DNA of 64,000 bases. Source: Massalongia carnosa (Eukaryota). The notes under the pieces were generated by a model, which saw only the letters and a list, made by a program, of their open reading frames with translations, was not told where the DNA came from and did not search any database. The stretch lies in assembly GCA_965645245.1 (NCBI GenBank), contig OZ287083.1:1364001-1428000 (forward strand). The letters are read 5' to 3'. The position numbers and the translations under genes were made by a program. Position 1 is the first letter of the stretch. Each line of letters starts with the position of its first letter. Below, in pieces: positions 51,691-64,000 of the stretch.

Positions 51691-54104
51691 ATGGCGAGGC
51701 GCAAGGAGCTCGCACCTATGGTTAATTGGATCTACGATTTGATGTTGTGGTCTTTCTCCATATTAGTTGACCTTTTCTTTAGAGAGGTCCACCCTCGCGG
51801 ATCATGGAAAATACCAAGGAGGGGACCGATTATCTTTGTGGCAGCACCTCATGCAAATCAGGTAAGTAAGTGTGTGATACTTTCTTTCAGTGCAGGTGTT
51901 GAACCACCTACAGTTTGTTGATCCGCTCATCCTTATGCGAGTGATTCGCATGGAGGCACACCGACGGATTGCTTTCCTTATCGCTGAGAAATCTATGCGT
52001 CGAAAATTCATCGGGAGTTTTGCCAGGGCAGTTGGAGCGGTGCCGGTTGCGCGTGCACTGGATAGTACAAAGGGTGCCACAGGAAGAATATTTTTGCCAG
52101 ATCCTGATAACAATCCCCAGTTGATTTGTGGCAAGGGAACACGATTTGACAAAGAAGCCCAAGTTGGGGGTCTATTAGTCTTGCCGTCTGTCAATGGTAC
52201 AGCTGCCAACGCAGAGATCTTGGAGATCCATGGCCCGGAAGAGATACGGCTGAAGAATGCATTCAAGGGCACAGTTGCATTGAAGCAACTTACTGGCCGG
52301 GATGAAAATTGCCAGGAGCGCACCATCAATGATGGAGATACTAAGGAAACCGAAAGCCTACCTGCCGAATTTGGAGGTGTAGCTTTCAAAACTGCTCCCA
52401 AGGTGGACCAAACCAGGGTTTATGACGCAGTCTTCGAAAGGCTCGATTCGGGTGGCTGCGTTGGCATCTTTCCGGAAGGGGGCAGTCATGATCGGACAGA
52501 ACTCTTACCATTGAAAGGTTTACGCTGAACCCCCACCTCTGGTGAAACGATTTTGCTAATTCCAAGAAGCTGGCGTTGCGATAATGGCTCTTGGATCTTT
52601 GGCCGTGAATCCGAACTCTGGTCTAAAAATCATACCATGTGGTATGAATTACTTCCATGCTCACAAGTTCAGGTCACGAGCTGTTGTTGAGTTCGGCAGC
52701 CCGATTGATGTTCCTATGGAGCTTGTCCAGTTATATAGAAGTGGCGAAAGGCGTGAAGCAACCCGGCAGCTTCTTGATATTGTTTACCAATCTTTAGTCG
52801 CAGTGACGGTAACAAGTCCTGACTATGATACGCTTATGGTGCGTAGAATGTTTATTCATTCAGTGAAAGGCTGCTAACAATACGATGCGCAGCTCATTCA
52901 AGCCGCTCGACGTCTTTACAATCATACAGGGAAAAAGCTACCCTTACCAATGATCGTGGAACTCAACCGCCGACTCGTCAAGGGTTATACGCACTACAAA
53001 GATGATCCTAGAATATCGAATTTGAAAAAGTCCGTTAATGCATATAACCAACAGCTGAGGCTTCTTGGGGTACGAGACCATCAGGTAGAATATGCAAAAT
53101 TCTCTATCCCGGCTGTCGTCTTCACCCTGGTATACCGACTGGGGAAACTGGCTATCATGGCTGTAGGAACACTTCCAGGCCTTGTTCTTTTCGCCCCTGT
53201 CTTCGTAGCTTCAAAGATCATCTCGATTCACAAGTCTCGGGAAGCTCTAGCAGCCTCGACTGTCAAGCTGCAAGGCCGAGACGTCATGGCGACATGGAAA
53301 CTGCTTGTAGCGTTAGCATTGGCTCCACTTCTCTATGCTTCCTATACAGCGCTCTTGACCTGGTGGACCTACCGCAACCGTGTTCAAGGATACGTGCCAG
53401 AATGGGTCCCCTTGTGGATAGTCGTTATGTCCGGTCTGATCTTCTTCCCCTCAATCACGTTTGCCGCTCTTCGGTTCGGTGAGACCGGCATGGACATCCT
53501 CAAATCCCTTCGGCCTCTCGTTCTCTCCCTAAATCCAACCTCTGCCAATACCCTTGTAAAGCTTCGCCAGAAGCGCGCAAAACTATCCGCAGAAGTCACC
53601 GAAGTTATCAATACCCTTGGCCCCGAAATGTATCCCGATTTCGACTCCGCCCGTATCGTCGCAGATCCGTTTCGTGACGGCACACTCCAGGAACCGGCCT
53701 CTCCGCAAACCCCGCGAGGACACGCCCGAACCACCTCTGCGCGCGGCAGCATTACCGCTGCCAGCATCGGCGGCGGTTCGTCTGTCCAGGGCCATCTCCC
53801 TCGCAACGAATCATTCGGCAATCTAGGCAACATTGGGCTCTTTGCCAGTCGCCCGCCAAGCCGGAGTCAAAGCCGAAGTGGCTCTAATGGCGGCCTTGCC
53901 GATTCCGGTAACTTTTCTATGAAAGGGTTCAGTACAGTCAGCTCCAAGGAAACTCTAGACGAAGTTAGCAAGAAGATCCGAGGGGCAATGAAGGAGCGTG
54001 GTAAGGAGAGGCGGAGGAAGAGCGAGGAGGGGATTGGAAGTTGGGAATTCGCGGAGTCCGGCACTGCGACGCCTGCGAGCGAGGAGGGGAAAAAGGAGAT
54101 TTAG
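51691..54104 (+). CDS. Glycerol-3-phosphate/DHAP sn-1 acyltransferase (Sct1/Gpt2 family)
   Basis: FVAAPHANQ|FVDP, GIFPEGGSHDRTELLPLK|AG, YFHAHKFRSRAVVEFG, GRDVMATWK. Three introns. Confidence 0.92.
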
Positions 54105-54807
54105 GATAGGCAAGCTATCTGATGAATAACACTCTGGTGGGTTTCTGGCTATGTGATTTACTTTAGCGGTGGTGTCTTGGTGCCCGGTTCTCGATCCATT
54201 CCACAGACGTCATTTCATTAGGTGGAGACCCGGGTAACTGAGAGAGAGTGGACACTTTGTGCTGTCTTGGAAGGGATAGGAGTTTTCGTCTGCGAACGAA
54301 CATAATCTTTGGGCTAATTTCTAATTCCTTTTGTCGACTTCGCTGTGTGTAAGCTGGCTGTATAATATAAATTGAACATTTACCATCGGCTTTCTGCTAA
54401 ACTTCGCTCCGAACTGACTCCCTAGTTTAACACCTGCGCTCTTAAAACATTCGCCATGTTGGTAACCTTCCATTCCCCTCTCTCAAGAATGCGCACACAA
54501 GTACACCTAGCATGGGTGGATGCTCCTCTAATCCAATATAGCTACATCCAGCACCTCAACCGCACACATGGCCCTCTAAGTATCCACTACGAAATTAGCC
54601 TCTTATCATCCCCTCCACATCTCGCATCCTGCCCAACCACAGCTCAGATTCTCGCATTCCCTCCCTCCCGTTTTGTTATTTCAAACTTTTCCCCTTTCCA
54701 CCCATACCTCCAATCCATCCGCCCCAAGGATTAACCCCCCCCCCCTTTCATCACTCACTCTAAAATACACAGTCCACTGTACTTCTAGCTTCGCTTGGCG
54801 GGAGTTT

Positions 54808-55198
54808 TCATCTTGGCTTATGGGGGCCGATGATTTTCGGGTATAGGCGTGAGAGATGGTGATTGATGGTGTTTTTCCTCTTGTATCCAGGTCTCTGAAT
54901 ATCACAGACACATCACACGTAGCGATATTAGCAAGATATTTAATATGCAACTCGCCCCCCCCCCCTATCATCAACCAGAAGAGAAAGGGAAAGAACCCAC
55001 CGGCTCATCCATACACGCCCTGAGCGCTACTTCCAGCTTTCCGCAACCCTCCACGCTGTACCCACTCGAGGCCCAACAGCCAAGTACGGAGCTCATGACG
55101 CCCGCGCAAGGGTTTGCCTCCATTTGGTTGGGGCGGCGAATGCGTAATCTTGGGAGGGGGGGTAGGCGCTGCGAGGTGGTAAGGAATTTAGGGGGCAT
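54808..55198 (-). CDS. MRP10: Mitochondrial ribosomal small-subunit protein mS37 (twin CX9C)
   Basis: RLPPLPRLRIRRP..NPCAGVMSSVLGCWAS...CGKLEVALRACMDEP|RPGYKRKNTINHHLSRLYPKIIGPHKPR*. Intron 54895-55000. Confidence 0.88.
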
Positions 55199-55530
55199 TT
55201 GGAGTTTTTTTTATTCGCGCTTTTTTATCGTTATCTTGCGAGGAGATGTGGAATGGTTCAAAAGGAAGAGGGAGGCATTGATTTAGTGATTGTGGTGGTG
55301 GTGTTACTTCGCAGGACGTGCAGGGAAATGGCGCTAGAGTGGGGCTTAGCGCTTGAGGCGGGTTTTTGTTTACATTGTCGTAAAGGGAAGGCTTCGAAAG
55401 GTGTTTGTGTTTCTTTTCTCTATCTTGCCCATCATCGCACATACGATTCTTAATTCATGAAGCTGTGACATGAAAGCTGACTCGAGTTTGGTATCTTGTT
55501 TATAACGCGACTGTCATTCTTTTATAAGCA

Positions 55531-58074
55531 ATGGCTGAGATTAAAGCTTCAGACCCGAAAGCACTTCCTTCTTCGTACGCCCCTCGTTCCTTCCTGATTA
55601 CTATTTCATTCACGTCTTCAAATTGGCAAGAGCTTACCAGTTATCTGAGTTACAGGCAGCCTAACGAAAACATTTTCAATTTTCAATCCACCACCCCACC
55701 TCGACGACCCCGTCTCTGGGATCGTGCCCCACAATCCCCGTTTGCGGCGCACCCCCGAGGCCGCAAAGTATGGAAGCGCTATGATTTTCGAGTAGTAAAA
55801 ACTGAAACTAAATCGCGACCCGAAACCACACCTGGTATTGATGCCGAGGAAGCTGAGAAGCCCTCGAATGGCGCCAGGCCTGTCAAACGGCTCCGCGTGA
55901 AACAAGCACCATTTGTTGCGGGGGAGGTACAAAATCAGAAGCCTGCTGCGCGGTATATCGCTACGCTGCAGGATAAAGCTCCTGGAACACCTAGGAGTGA
56001 GTCTTGTATCTTACAGACATCTTTCATAACGATAAAGGGTTAACTGATACTTTTTGGTGTAGGAAAATATGCGAAGAGGAAGAGCTTGAGGCCTGATAGG
56101 CTGAAGCGTAAGATGTTGACGAAGACTGAACTTGTCGAGAGACTGGATGATTTTCCAGCGCCTTCATCGGTTTTAGCTCATGTAGTGGAGGACTTAGCCC
56201 GAGCCGAACGGGAAGGGTCTTGCTCACCTGAGAACTTCGAGGAGTATCCAGAGGTTGTGTTCGTGAAGGATGAGGCTGCAACAAACATCTCATGTAACGT
56301 TGTCGAATACATGAGTGCCAGTGTTGCGGAAAAAACCTTTGGAGATGATGATAATGATAGAGTTGAAAAAAGCTTCTCGAAATCTCCGGCCACGATTTCT
56401 ACCACCAACAGCAACGGCAATTTGTTGGCACTTGGCGAACAGTTACCGGATCACTACGAGTTTACCGCCTCTCCTAATACAAGTCCAATCTTTTCAGCAA
56501 ATATTCCAAGAGCTGTTGCACACAAATTGGTTGTTTCTGAGAGCAAGGGTAAGGATAGGAATAATAATTTTTTCTTGTCCGATTATGAAGATATTGAAAA
56601 TCCTATCAATGAGATATTGTCGGGTTCCACGCAGAGAGCTCCAAAAGAATCTAGCAGTGTCGTGCCAGCAGAAGCAATCACCTTGACGGTGGTTGCTCTA
56701 CATGATGGCCACGACTCATCCTCTTCAAAATTTGATGGACAAATTCCGGAGCCGACCAGCCACAAGGCATTGCAAAATCTTGACCTTGCGTTGTTCCCTG
56801 ATCCTGAGTCAGATGACTCTAAGCTCAATAATAACAGCTCTCTAGGTGATACTGAACGAGGTAATAAACCACTAGCCATCGGAAATGAAAATTCCCTAAC
56901 CATTCAAGCAGAGTCTCTGCAGCAAACAAGTGATAGAGGTCCAGAGAAGAGTCAAGAGGTTGATTCAGAAACCAAGGAAGGAAGTTTGCTCGTAGACTCT
57001 TTGGATATTGGATTGAAGGTACTTCCGTTGAACTCGCCCTTAAAGGGCGATTACGAACACGATGAGCCTCAACAGGCAACAGGCAGCTTGTTTGCTGAAA
57101 CATGTAAGATTTTGTTACGGCAAGACTCATCAAAGCAAGAAGGGTTCCCAAAAGATACTCCTTACCCGTCGACCCAAAACCCAAAATCTGCTGATCATGA
57201 GGAAGTACCTGAGACAAACACAAAGGATATTCCAAGTCATAGACCACCCAAAGTAGCCCATGAGGAACTGGACGGGCCGGTCATAAGGACGCGATCCATC
57301 AGCCGTTTGAGCGACGACACCATGATGCTCAAGGACTTCCTCAATCGAGTACAAGCCAGGAAAGCGGCCAAAGGGATTATGATTCCAGCGTATGTACCCC
57401 CGCCTACGGAACCCTACCGTCGTTCTCCACGAAAAGCCCTCGCCGAGGTCGATAGGAACTCTCCCTCCCCGCAAAAGCCAAGCAATCTTGCCAATCGACC
57501 AGGCACTCCGCCTGCCAAGCAGAATCATAAAGCGGTTGAATTCGATGACCTGGGCGAGCTGGTTCTGGCGACCGCTTCTTGCCGCCGAAGCACGAGAACA
57601 CGCTTATTCGTGCCGCCGAAGACAGTTGCCGGCGCGCCAAGCTTGATTCCTGTCCGTCGAGCTGATGGCACCGATCCCATCGTGTTGCAGAAATCCCTGG
57701 CTCAAGAATTGGCCATGGTCACCCGGGCGAACACTCGACGGAACAAAGGGCAATCCAAGCCGCCCAAGTTAACGCTCCAGAGTTTACCTGCTGAAGCTTC
57801 GGTGGACATCGTCACCGTCCCGATTAGGCGTGGCGAGGAGGATGGTGCCAGAGCTGTCGGATGGGATGAGACGTTGGTGTACTTCCAGCAGCGGTCACCG
57901 CCGAAAGCGGGGAAGGAGCAGAAGCGACCGCAAGTGCGACGACTGAGGAAGCTGGGGGCGATGAATGGCACTCCGGCGCCGAAGGCGAAGCTTAAGGCGC
58001 CGGGCGTGGAGGCAAACGGTGCAAATGGGGGGTCGGGGCCCAAACGCCGAAGCAAAAGCAAAGGGGTAGCGTGA
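55531..58074 (+). CDS. Hypothetical, largely disordered protein
   Basis: 662-aa ORF plus upstream exons with GT-AG signals. C-terminal ordered-looking motifs DDTMMLKDFLNRVQARKAAK, ELAMVTRANTRRNKG, VGWDETLVYFQ. No domain recognised. Confidence 0.7.
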
Positions 58075-58445
58075 TGTCAAGCGATGTCGGGATGTCGGTA
58101 GCGAGATAGACTTTGATCTTTGTACCTCCCTAGCATTCCATCACTTTTTCTTTTTGGCGTCCGGGGGTTGGTGGTGCAAAGGCGGGGGAACCGTTGACGG
58201 CGCATCGACCTGCATGGGGTACTGGGTATCTCGAATGATTTTGAGGCAGAGTACTTACTTGGTGCGGTATGCAAAATACATGCGGACGTATGCACTACGA
58301 TGTACCTCGGTACAGAGTATCTTCAGTCCCTACCTTTGTGACATTTAAGGGATTTAATTTACGGATTTACGGGAGAATCCCTACATCGTACGGTGAGGTA
58401 CTGTACTGCTCTCCACCCAAAGTTTCCGACCAACGCTTGTATTCT

Positions 58446-58517
58446 TGCTTGTAAGCTTGTATGCTTGTAAGCTTGTATGCTTGTAAGCTTGTAAGCTTGT
58501 AAGCTTGTAAGCTTGTA
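58446..58517. repeat. 8-bp tandem repeat (GCTTGTAW)x~9
   Basis: gcttgtaa/gcttgtat units read directly. Confidence 0.9.
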
Positions 58518-59185
58518 CGGGGAAGTTTCGAGGGGCGAAGAGAATTCTCCGTCAGTAGCCGACCGAACCATAACTTACATGCACAGAAAGATCCCGTTCC
58601 AGCGTAACGTTACTGTATCTAGTCAAGGGACCGGTACAGAGTACAGATACAGAGTACCCTATGCTGGACTTGTACTGGCGCCGTCGTAGTGCATCTCCCT
58701 CTAACGGATTCTCGACGCCATGTCCGCGATCTGCAACCTGCACCACCGAAAACTCTCGAATATCGACTCTGTATCCCAAAACACACGCAAAAAGCAACCC
58801 TGAGACATAATGGATCTTCATCAACGCCTGGAAAAGCAAGAAGGCATTATTGTACAGAGTACACGCGCCGAACCTAGGACGACCGTTGCGATGCCCTTGA
58901 TGCGAACATCGCCTTTCGAGCAACGCGGAGCTGCCGCTCGAGGTCCCAGTCGATTCGTCATCCATGGCACGTGTCGTAACAGAGTACCACAAACCAACAG
59001 ACCAGCGTCGCTATTATGTCACAAGATCGTAACTGGGACGTTCTTACTCGAGAAATCTCTTCAGGCGTTAAAGCACCCGAGGAAATGAACGACGCCTTCT
59101 CTCCCCAACCACTCTCCCCCTCGCTCGTCGTGACTGGATCTGACGAGACCAGCGGGCGGAAAACCACTTGGACCCAGCACAAAAT

Positions 59186-59257
59186 GGACCATTAGGACCA
59201 TTAGGACCATTAGGACCATTAGGACCATTAGGACCATTAGGATCATTAGGAACATTA
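59186..59257. repeat. 9-bp tandem repeat (GGACCATTA)x6 plus 2 degenerate units
   Basis: Read directly. Followed by TATAAA at 59264-59269. Confidence 0.92.
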
Positions 59258-60014
59258 GGCTCTTATAAATCCTTACTATTTCTCACTACTCGGAACCCCG
59301 TACAGAGAGGTATGATACATAATCCAGCTGCTAACTCCGAGGAGGGAGTCAACGAAAGGCAAAAACAAAGCTAGTCATCTTTTTCGCTGTCACCTGCTCT
59401 GCTTTTGCTGATGTTGAGTGAACGAAAGAAACTGGAAAAGGTTTAGACACCCAGTCCCATCTGTTACTGCTAGGCAAACAACTCGATTACTATTACTCAA
59501 TAGTCTCTTGCTCTTGCTCATCTTGCCTTGTCCATTGCACAGATCATTTCGTCTCATATAATACGCTTCCTCCCTTGCGTCCCCCCCGTGTGCTTGAATA
59601 ATTGCCACCAGACCACTGTCGTGAAAAATCCGCAAATCAAAAAAAACCCATCGGAAGTCATCTGAGACGGTAGAAACCTTTGGTGTTGATACCAGCATGA
59701 TCACACTTGCCCATGCGCAACTTCTAACCTATCCCCACAGGTATCGCGCAGCCGATTTCCACAGACTCACCAATAGACGAGCCTCATCTGGCAGTTCCCT
59801 ATATGTCCACGCTACGCATGAGTCCCCCGCAGAACAGACCACTAACCGAGGGTGTATTCCTTCTGCCGACAAGCGCCACAGAGCGTCAGGGCGTCCAGCA
59901 CCGTGCGGTTTGCAGCAGCCCTCGCGCGGGGAAATAAGACAGGACCCGTATTCTTCAGTCAAGGAGGAAGGTTGCGGTAAGCCGATGTACATCCAACCAT
60001 CACCGAAGCAGCCG

Positions 60015-60046
60015 TGAGAGAGAGAGAGAGTGTGTGTGTGTGTGTG
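60015..60046. repeat. Compound (GA)n(GT)n microsatellite
   Basis: gagagagagagagagtgtgtgtgtgtgtgtg just upstream of ATG 60070. Confidence 0.85.
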
Positions 60047-60069
60047 GATCCAGCTACTGATCAGTCACC

Positions 60070-61917
60070 ATGAGACCAGGTACCGCCCAATCCTTTCTCG
60101 AGTCGGTGAACAACGCTGCTGCTCCGCAACATGAGTGGAGTCCCGATGGAGACGGCCCAAAGGAGGCCCCATGCAGCTGCTGCTGTCGATGTGGGAGGGT
60201 GTCCAAATGGAAGCCATTGGGGCCTCGAGGGAAGCGGAGGAGCAAGAGCTATACCGCCTTGAGGACGGGGATCTCCGAGCTTTCCGGGTGGGATTGGGAG
60301 CCCCCTAAACCGGTCGACCCCGTGGTGCTCGACGTCGCCAAAACATTTGGACCGGGCGAAGCGCCGTTGGAACGAATGCCGGTGGAAATCCTCGGTGAGA
60401 CCAGGATTTCATGCGATGCCATCGTCTCGTGCGAATGCTAACGGCTCCCCGCAGATGAAATCATCGCCCAGCTCGCTCTCGACGTCCCGCCGTCGGGGTA
60501 CGCCCCGCGCAACGTGGATCTCGTGTCGTGCCTGTTGACCTCACGCACCATCCACGTTGCGACCGTAAATACGCTGTACAACCACATCACCATCCCTCAC
60601 TCTACGATTTTCTCCAAGTTCATGAAGCGCTTGGCCGCGTATCCCGGGTTGGGCACCATCGTGCGACGGCTCGACCTCTCGCACTTCACCTCGGTGGGCC
60701 TGGGTCGTACCCGCCAAATGAACACGGAAATCCAGAACATGACCGCGAAGACGTTGCTGCAATGCCTCGAGCTGACTCCGGCGATCCAGGAAGTCTTGCT
60801 GCAAGAGCATCTCGACCATGACATCGACGGGGATGTACTCCGCAAGCTGTTCACGGGCCTTCCCAAATTGCGGGCCGTCGACTTCTGTGGCGCGGCCTCC
60901 GTCCCGTTCGTGGATGCTTTTGCTGCTACCGTGTCCGGCCTGACCGCGACGCCGTGGGTGACGCTGGGCATTCGACGGTTGGGCCTGCACGAATGCTCGT
61001 CTCTCCCGGGCTCCGCCTTGGAAGGGCTGTTGCCCCGGCTGCCGCAGCTGACGCATTTGGATGTATCGCACACGGGGGTCACCGACCGAGCGCTCGCCTC
61101 GATCCCCGAATGCGCCCGATTGACCCACCTCAATCTCGGCCGATGCACCCAAATCACGGGCGACGGCATCGTCGACTTCCTCTCCACCCACCCGGCCGTG
61201 AGCCGGTTGATCTACCTGAACCTCTACTGCGACACCGCGCGCTACCGCCTGCTCTGGGAATCCGACGTGGACCGCCTGCTTCCCACGCTCCCCGCCACGC
61301 TGCGCTCCCTCACCCTCAGCGGCGCCAAGATCCACGCCTCCCACATTCCCTTTCTTCTCCCCCTCACCAAGCACCTAGAAGAACTCAGCCTCGGCTTCGC
61401 CGACCTCACCCTCCGCGACGTGAACTCGCTCTTCTACCCTCCTCCGCCCCCCCCTTCGGACGAGCATCTCCACGACGCGGACGCTCCCTTCTCCTCCTCC
61501 TCCTCCTCCTCCTCCTCCTCCTCCTCCTCCTTCTCCGCCTCCTGGACCCCGCACTCCCTTCACTACCTCGACCTGACCGGCATCCCCGCCATCACGCAAG
61601 CCTCCCTCTTCAGCGCCCACTGCGCCCTCCTCGCGCCCTCCACCGTCCCACTCGAGGTCCTCGAGCTCGGCGACAAGGCCATCTCCGCCCTGCGCGAGTG
61701 CAGGAACACCAACAAGCGCCTCGGCTGGGTCGTCAAGGAGCTCGGTCGTCGCGGGTGGTACGTTCGCGAGCCATTAGCACAGGCGCCGCAGCCGGGGAGC
61801 ATGGGTGGGGGGAGGCGGGGCTGGAAGTGGGGGGCCATGTGGTGGGGAATGCGAAAGGTGCCGGTGGCGTGGGGGGAGGTGGGCGGCTTGTACGGCCATT
61901 ATATGTTCAAGAAATGA
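60070..61917 (+). CDS. F-box/leucine-rich-repeat protein (resembles the yeast Ylr352w/Lug1 family)
   Basis: F-box-like LERMPVEIL|DEII (intron 60395-60454), LRRs (LTHLDVSHT, LTHLNLGRC, LRSLTLSGA), C-terminal GRRGWYVR...WWGMRKVP..VGGLYGHYMFKK. Poly-Ser from a (TCC)n tract. Confidence 0.82.
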
Positions 61918-63644
61918 CCTTGTGTATTTTGTGGATGGGCGGAACGTGTCGTTTCGATTCGTGTAACTACCCACCTATCCCTTTTCATCTGTTTTACCCG
62001 GGGAGCGTTGTCTTATGGAACGGAGAACGCCAGTCGGGTTTTCTGACTCTTGGTTTATTTCTCTTTTGTTCGTTCTTTTTCGGGTCTTCTTTGGAGCGGG
62101 TGGGGTAACACCAATCCCCTCCAAAAAAATCAAAAGCCAGAAATCAATCAGGAGAGAGGAAAAATATATCTCTTTTCAGCCTCTATTTCGCTTGCTTTGC
62201 TCGATAACGGCTATTATTATGTACCTACGAAATACTGTACGGAGTACTAGTTGTGATGATGTACGTACTCTGTGAGGGGGGTTTTTTTAGTGGGGGGAGG
62301 ATTTTATTATTCAAGTTCAAAACCAACGAACTCGATGTAACTAGTCAGTCAGTTACGAGTGTAATAAACTACATACATATCAATTGACTTTTGAAGATAT
62401 GCTAATCATATAGTGTCTAGTTTACCTGACTGCCAGTTTTCTCTCCCTCTCTAAATATCCATCCATCCATCCATCCAACCCCCCCCCCCCTCCACAAAAC
62501 CTAAAAAAAACCCACATGTACCGAACCACCGAGTCTGCTGCTGCTGTTGTGTTCGTTCGTTCTCCCCCCCTGTTCGGGAAATCCTTCCCGTTCCTTCGAG
62601 ATAAATATCCATCTATTCCACCTGCCTATCAAACTCACAGAATCTCTGGATTAATCCCTTCCTCTCGGGACCGGGGGGGCTTTGGCATTATTTGGTTTCT
62701 TTTTGGGAGAAGGGGGGGGGGGAAAGAGGAAAGAAAGATTGATGAATGAAAAAAAAAAAATTTTTCTTCTCTTCCCTTGGCATTTCCGCGGTCTTTCAGT
62801 AACTCGATTTCGCCTTTTCTTCTTTCCGTCTTGGTTTGTCTTCCGGCTTCTTTTCCCCCTTTCATTCTTCACTCTTCAGCAGCGCCCCTGTTTTCGATTT
62901 CCGTCTTTGTCCTTTCCCCGGCCCCCTCTTTTATTTATTTATTTTTTTTTTCAAAAGTCCTATCTCTCACTCTCTCTCACTCAAGATGCCAGCTTTCCGG
63001 TTTCAACGATTCACCCCCTATTTGAATTTCATGCTTTTTCGTTTGATTTTTTTATTTTAGGGGGAAGGGGGGGGGGGGGGGAGGGTTGGAAGAGGGGTTA
63101 GTTGACTTGATCTATCGTCTTTTGCAAGAAGGAAGAAGGGGAATAAAGAGAAAAAGAACGGATGAAACATAGTAGGAGGGGATTAGAATGGGAGAAGAAG
63201 AAAAAGAAGAACAGTTTGAATTCAAATCAAAATCGAAACATTCCAAGAACAAAAAAACAAAATCCATCTCCATCTCCATCTCCATCATCTTATCTATCCT
63301 CAACAGGAGCAGGAAATGAATGAAAAAGAAAAAAATATATATCCCTACTTGGAGGGAGTTCCTGAAATTAATTGGAAGCGGACGGTGATGTTGGAAGTAA
63401 ATGTTTAAAAGTAAGAGCGTTGCGAGTTTTTCTTTTGTATTCAGAAAGAAGGGGGAGGGGGGGGGCAAAGAGACGAGCCTCTCTGTCCCTTTCGCTCTCT
63501 CCCGCTAGTTATCCGCCAAAATCCCCAATTTCAACCAACAGTAAACCAACCCCCCGTTCACTTTCCTCTTGCATGCATGCCTACCTACCTAGATAGATAC
63601 ATAGATGGATAAATCAACTATCCGAAAACCCCGCAAATCGTCAC

Positions 63645-64000
63645 TCATTGCGTATCCTCCGGCAACGCCACCGCCGTCGTCGCCCGCCCAACTCCAGCGC
63701 TAGCGCCATCATCGCCCTTCGGCGTGGTGCCTCGCGCCACAAACTCCCTTACCCAGCGCCGAACGGTTTGGATTTTCTCCATCGCTTGCGCAGCTCCGCC
63801 CTCATCACCCCCTCTACCTCCACCCTCCTCCTCCCCCCCCTCCAGCTCCCACTCCCGGAACGCCCCCCCGCGATCGCTCGCATCAACCACGTCCCGATAC
63901 AGCAAGTCCAGCGTCGTCGCCTCGCCCCTCAAACTCTGCCCGTACACTTTCCCCCGGAACGCGCTCAGTGCCACGTTCCGCGCCAGCACGACGTCTCGCG
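63645..64000 (-). CDS. 3' end of an unidentified gene running off the window
   Basis: Open GC-rich frame from the window edge (RDVVLARNVALSAFRGKVYGQSLRGE...EDTQ*) next to a low-complexity intergenic tract. Confidence 0.6.
   Translation of the reverse strand, partial: RDVVLARNVALSAFRGKVYGQSLRGEATTLDLLYRDVVDASDRGGAFREWELEGGEEEGGGRGGDEGGAAQAMEKIQTVRRWVREFVARGTTPKGDDGASAGVGRATTAVALPEDTQ

Noticed and set aside
59168..59374. Collagen-like (GPL)n ORF
   Set aside because: It is a translation of the 9-bp repeat, has a TTG start and has no coding context.
60541..62108. Long overlapping or antisense ORFs (384 aa, 277 aa)
   Set aside because: Shadow frames of the GC-rich F-box/LRR CDS.

Overview
Gene-dense, intron-containing nuclear DNA of a filamentous ascomycete (Pezizomycotina; the long polypurine/polypyrimidine and G/C-run intergenic tracts suggest a lichen-forming Lecanoromycete, which is inference only). 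I reconstructed about 20 spliced housekeeping genes by hand: YME1, GUT1, BLM10, GPI18, an F-box/WD-like protein, an FLVCR-like MFS transporter, QCR6, a WBP2-like protein, PSA1/MPG1, EAF3, an ARMH3/DUF1741-like protein, ISA1, an APD1/AIM32-like protein, DLT1, VPH1, a SCT1/GPT2-like GPAT, MRP10, a hypothetical protein and an F-box/LRR protein, plus a partial gene at the right edge. The first 12 kb also holds decayed genes: an SRPK-like kinase pseudogene and two probable relics of a fungal PD-(D/E)XK nuclease-like family. The best candidate for something new is the EAF3 locus. It has an 804-nt, stop-free, in-frame GT-AG segment (a candidate exitron) that would switch Eaf3 between the canonical short form and one with a 268-aa insert between the chromodomain and the MRG domain. 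The gene is also flanked on both sides by cryptic tandem arrays (88-bp and 58-bp periods). Other observations are CBC:HapX-type bipartite sites upstream of ISA1 and QCR6, a GC-AG intron, ambiguous or tandem splice sites, and promoter minisatellites. I found no rRNA, tRNA, CRISPR array or intact transposon. All exon models are manual and unverified by transcripts.
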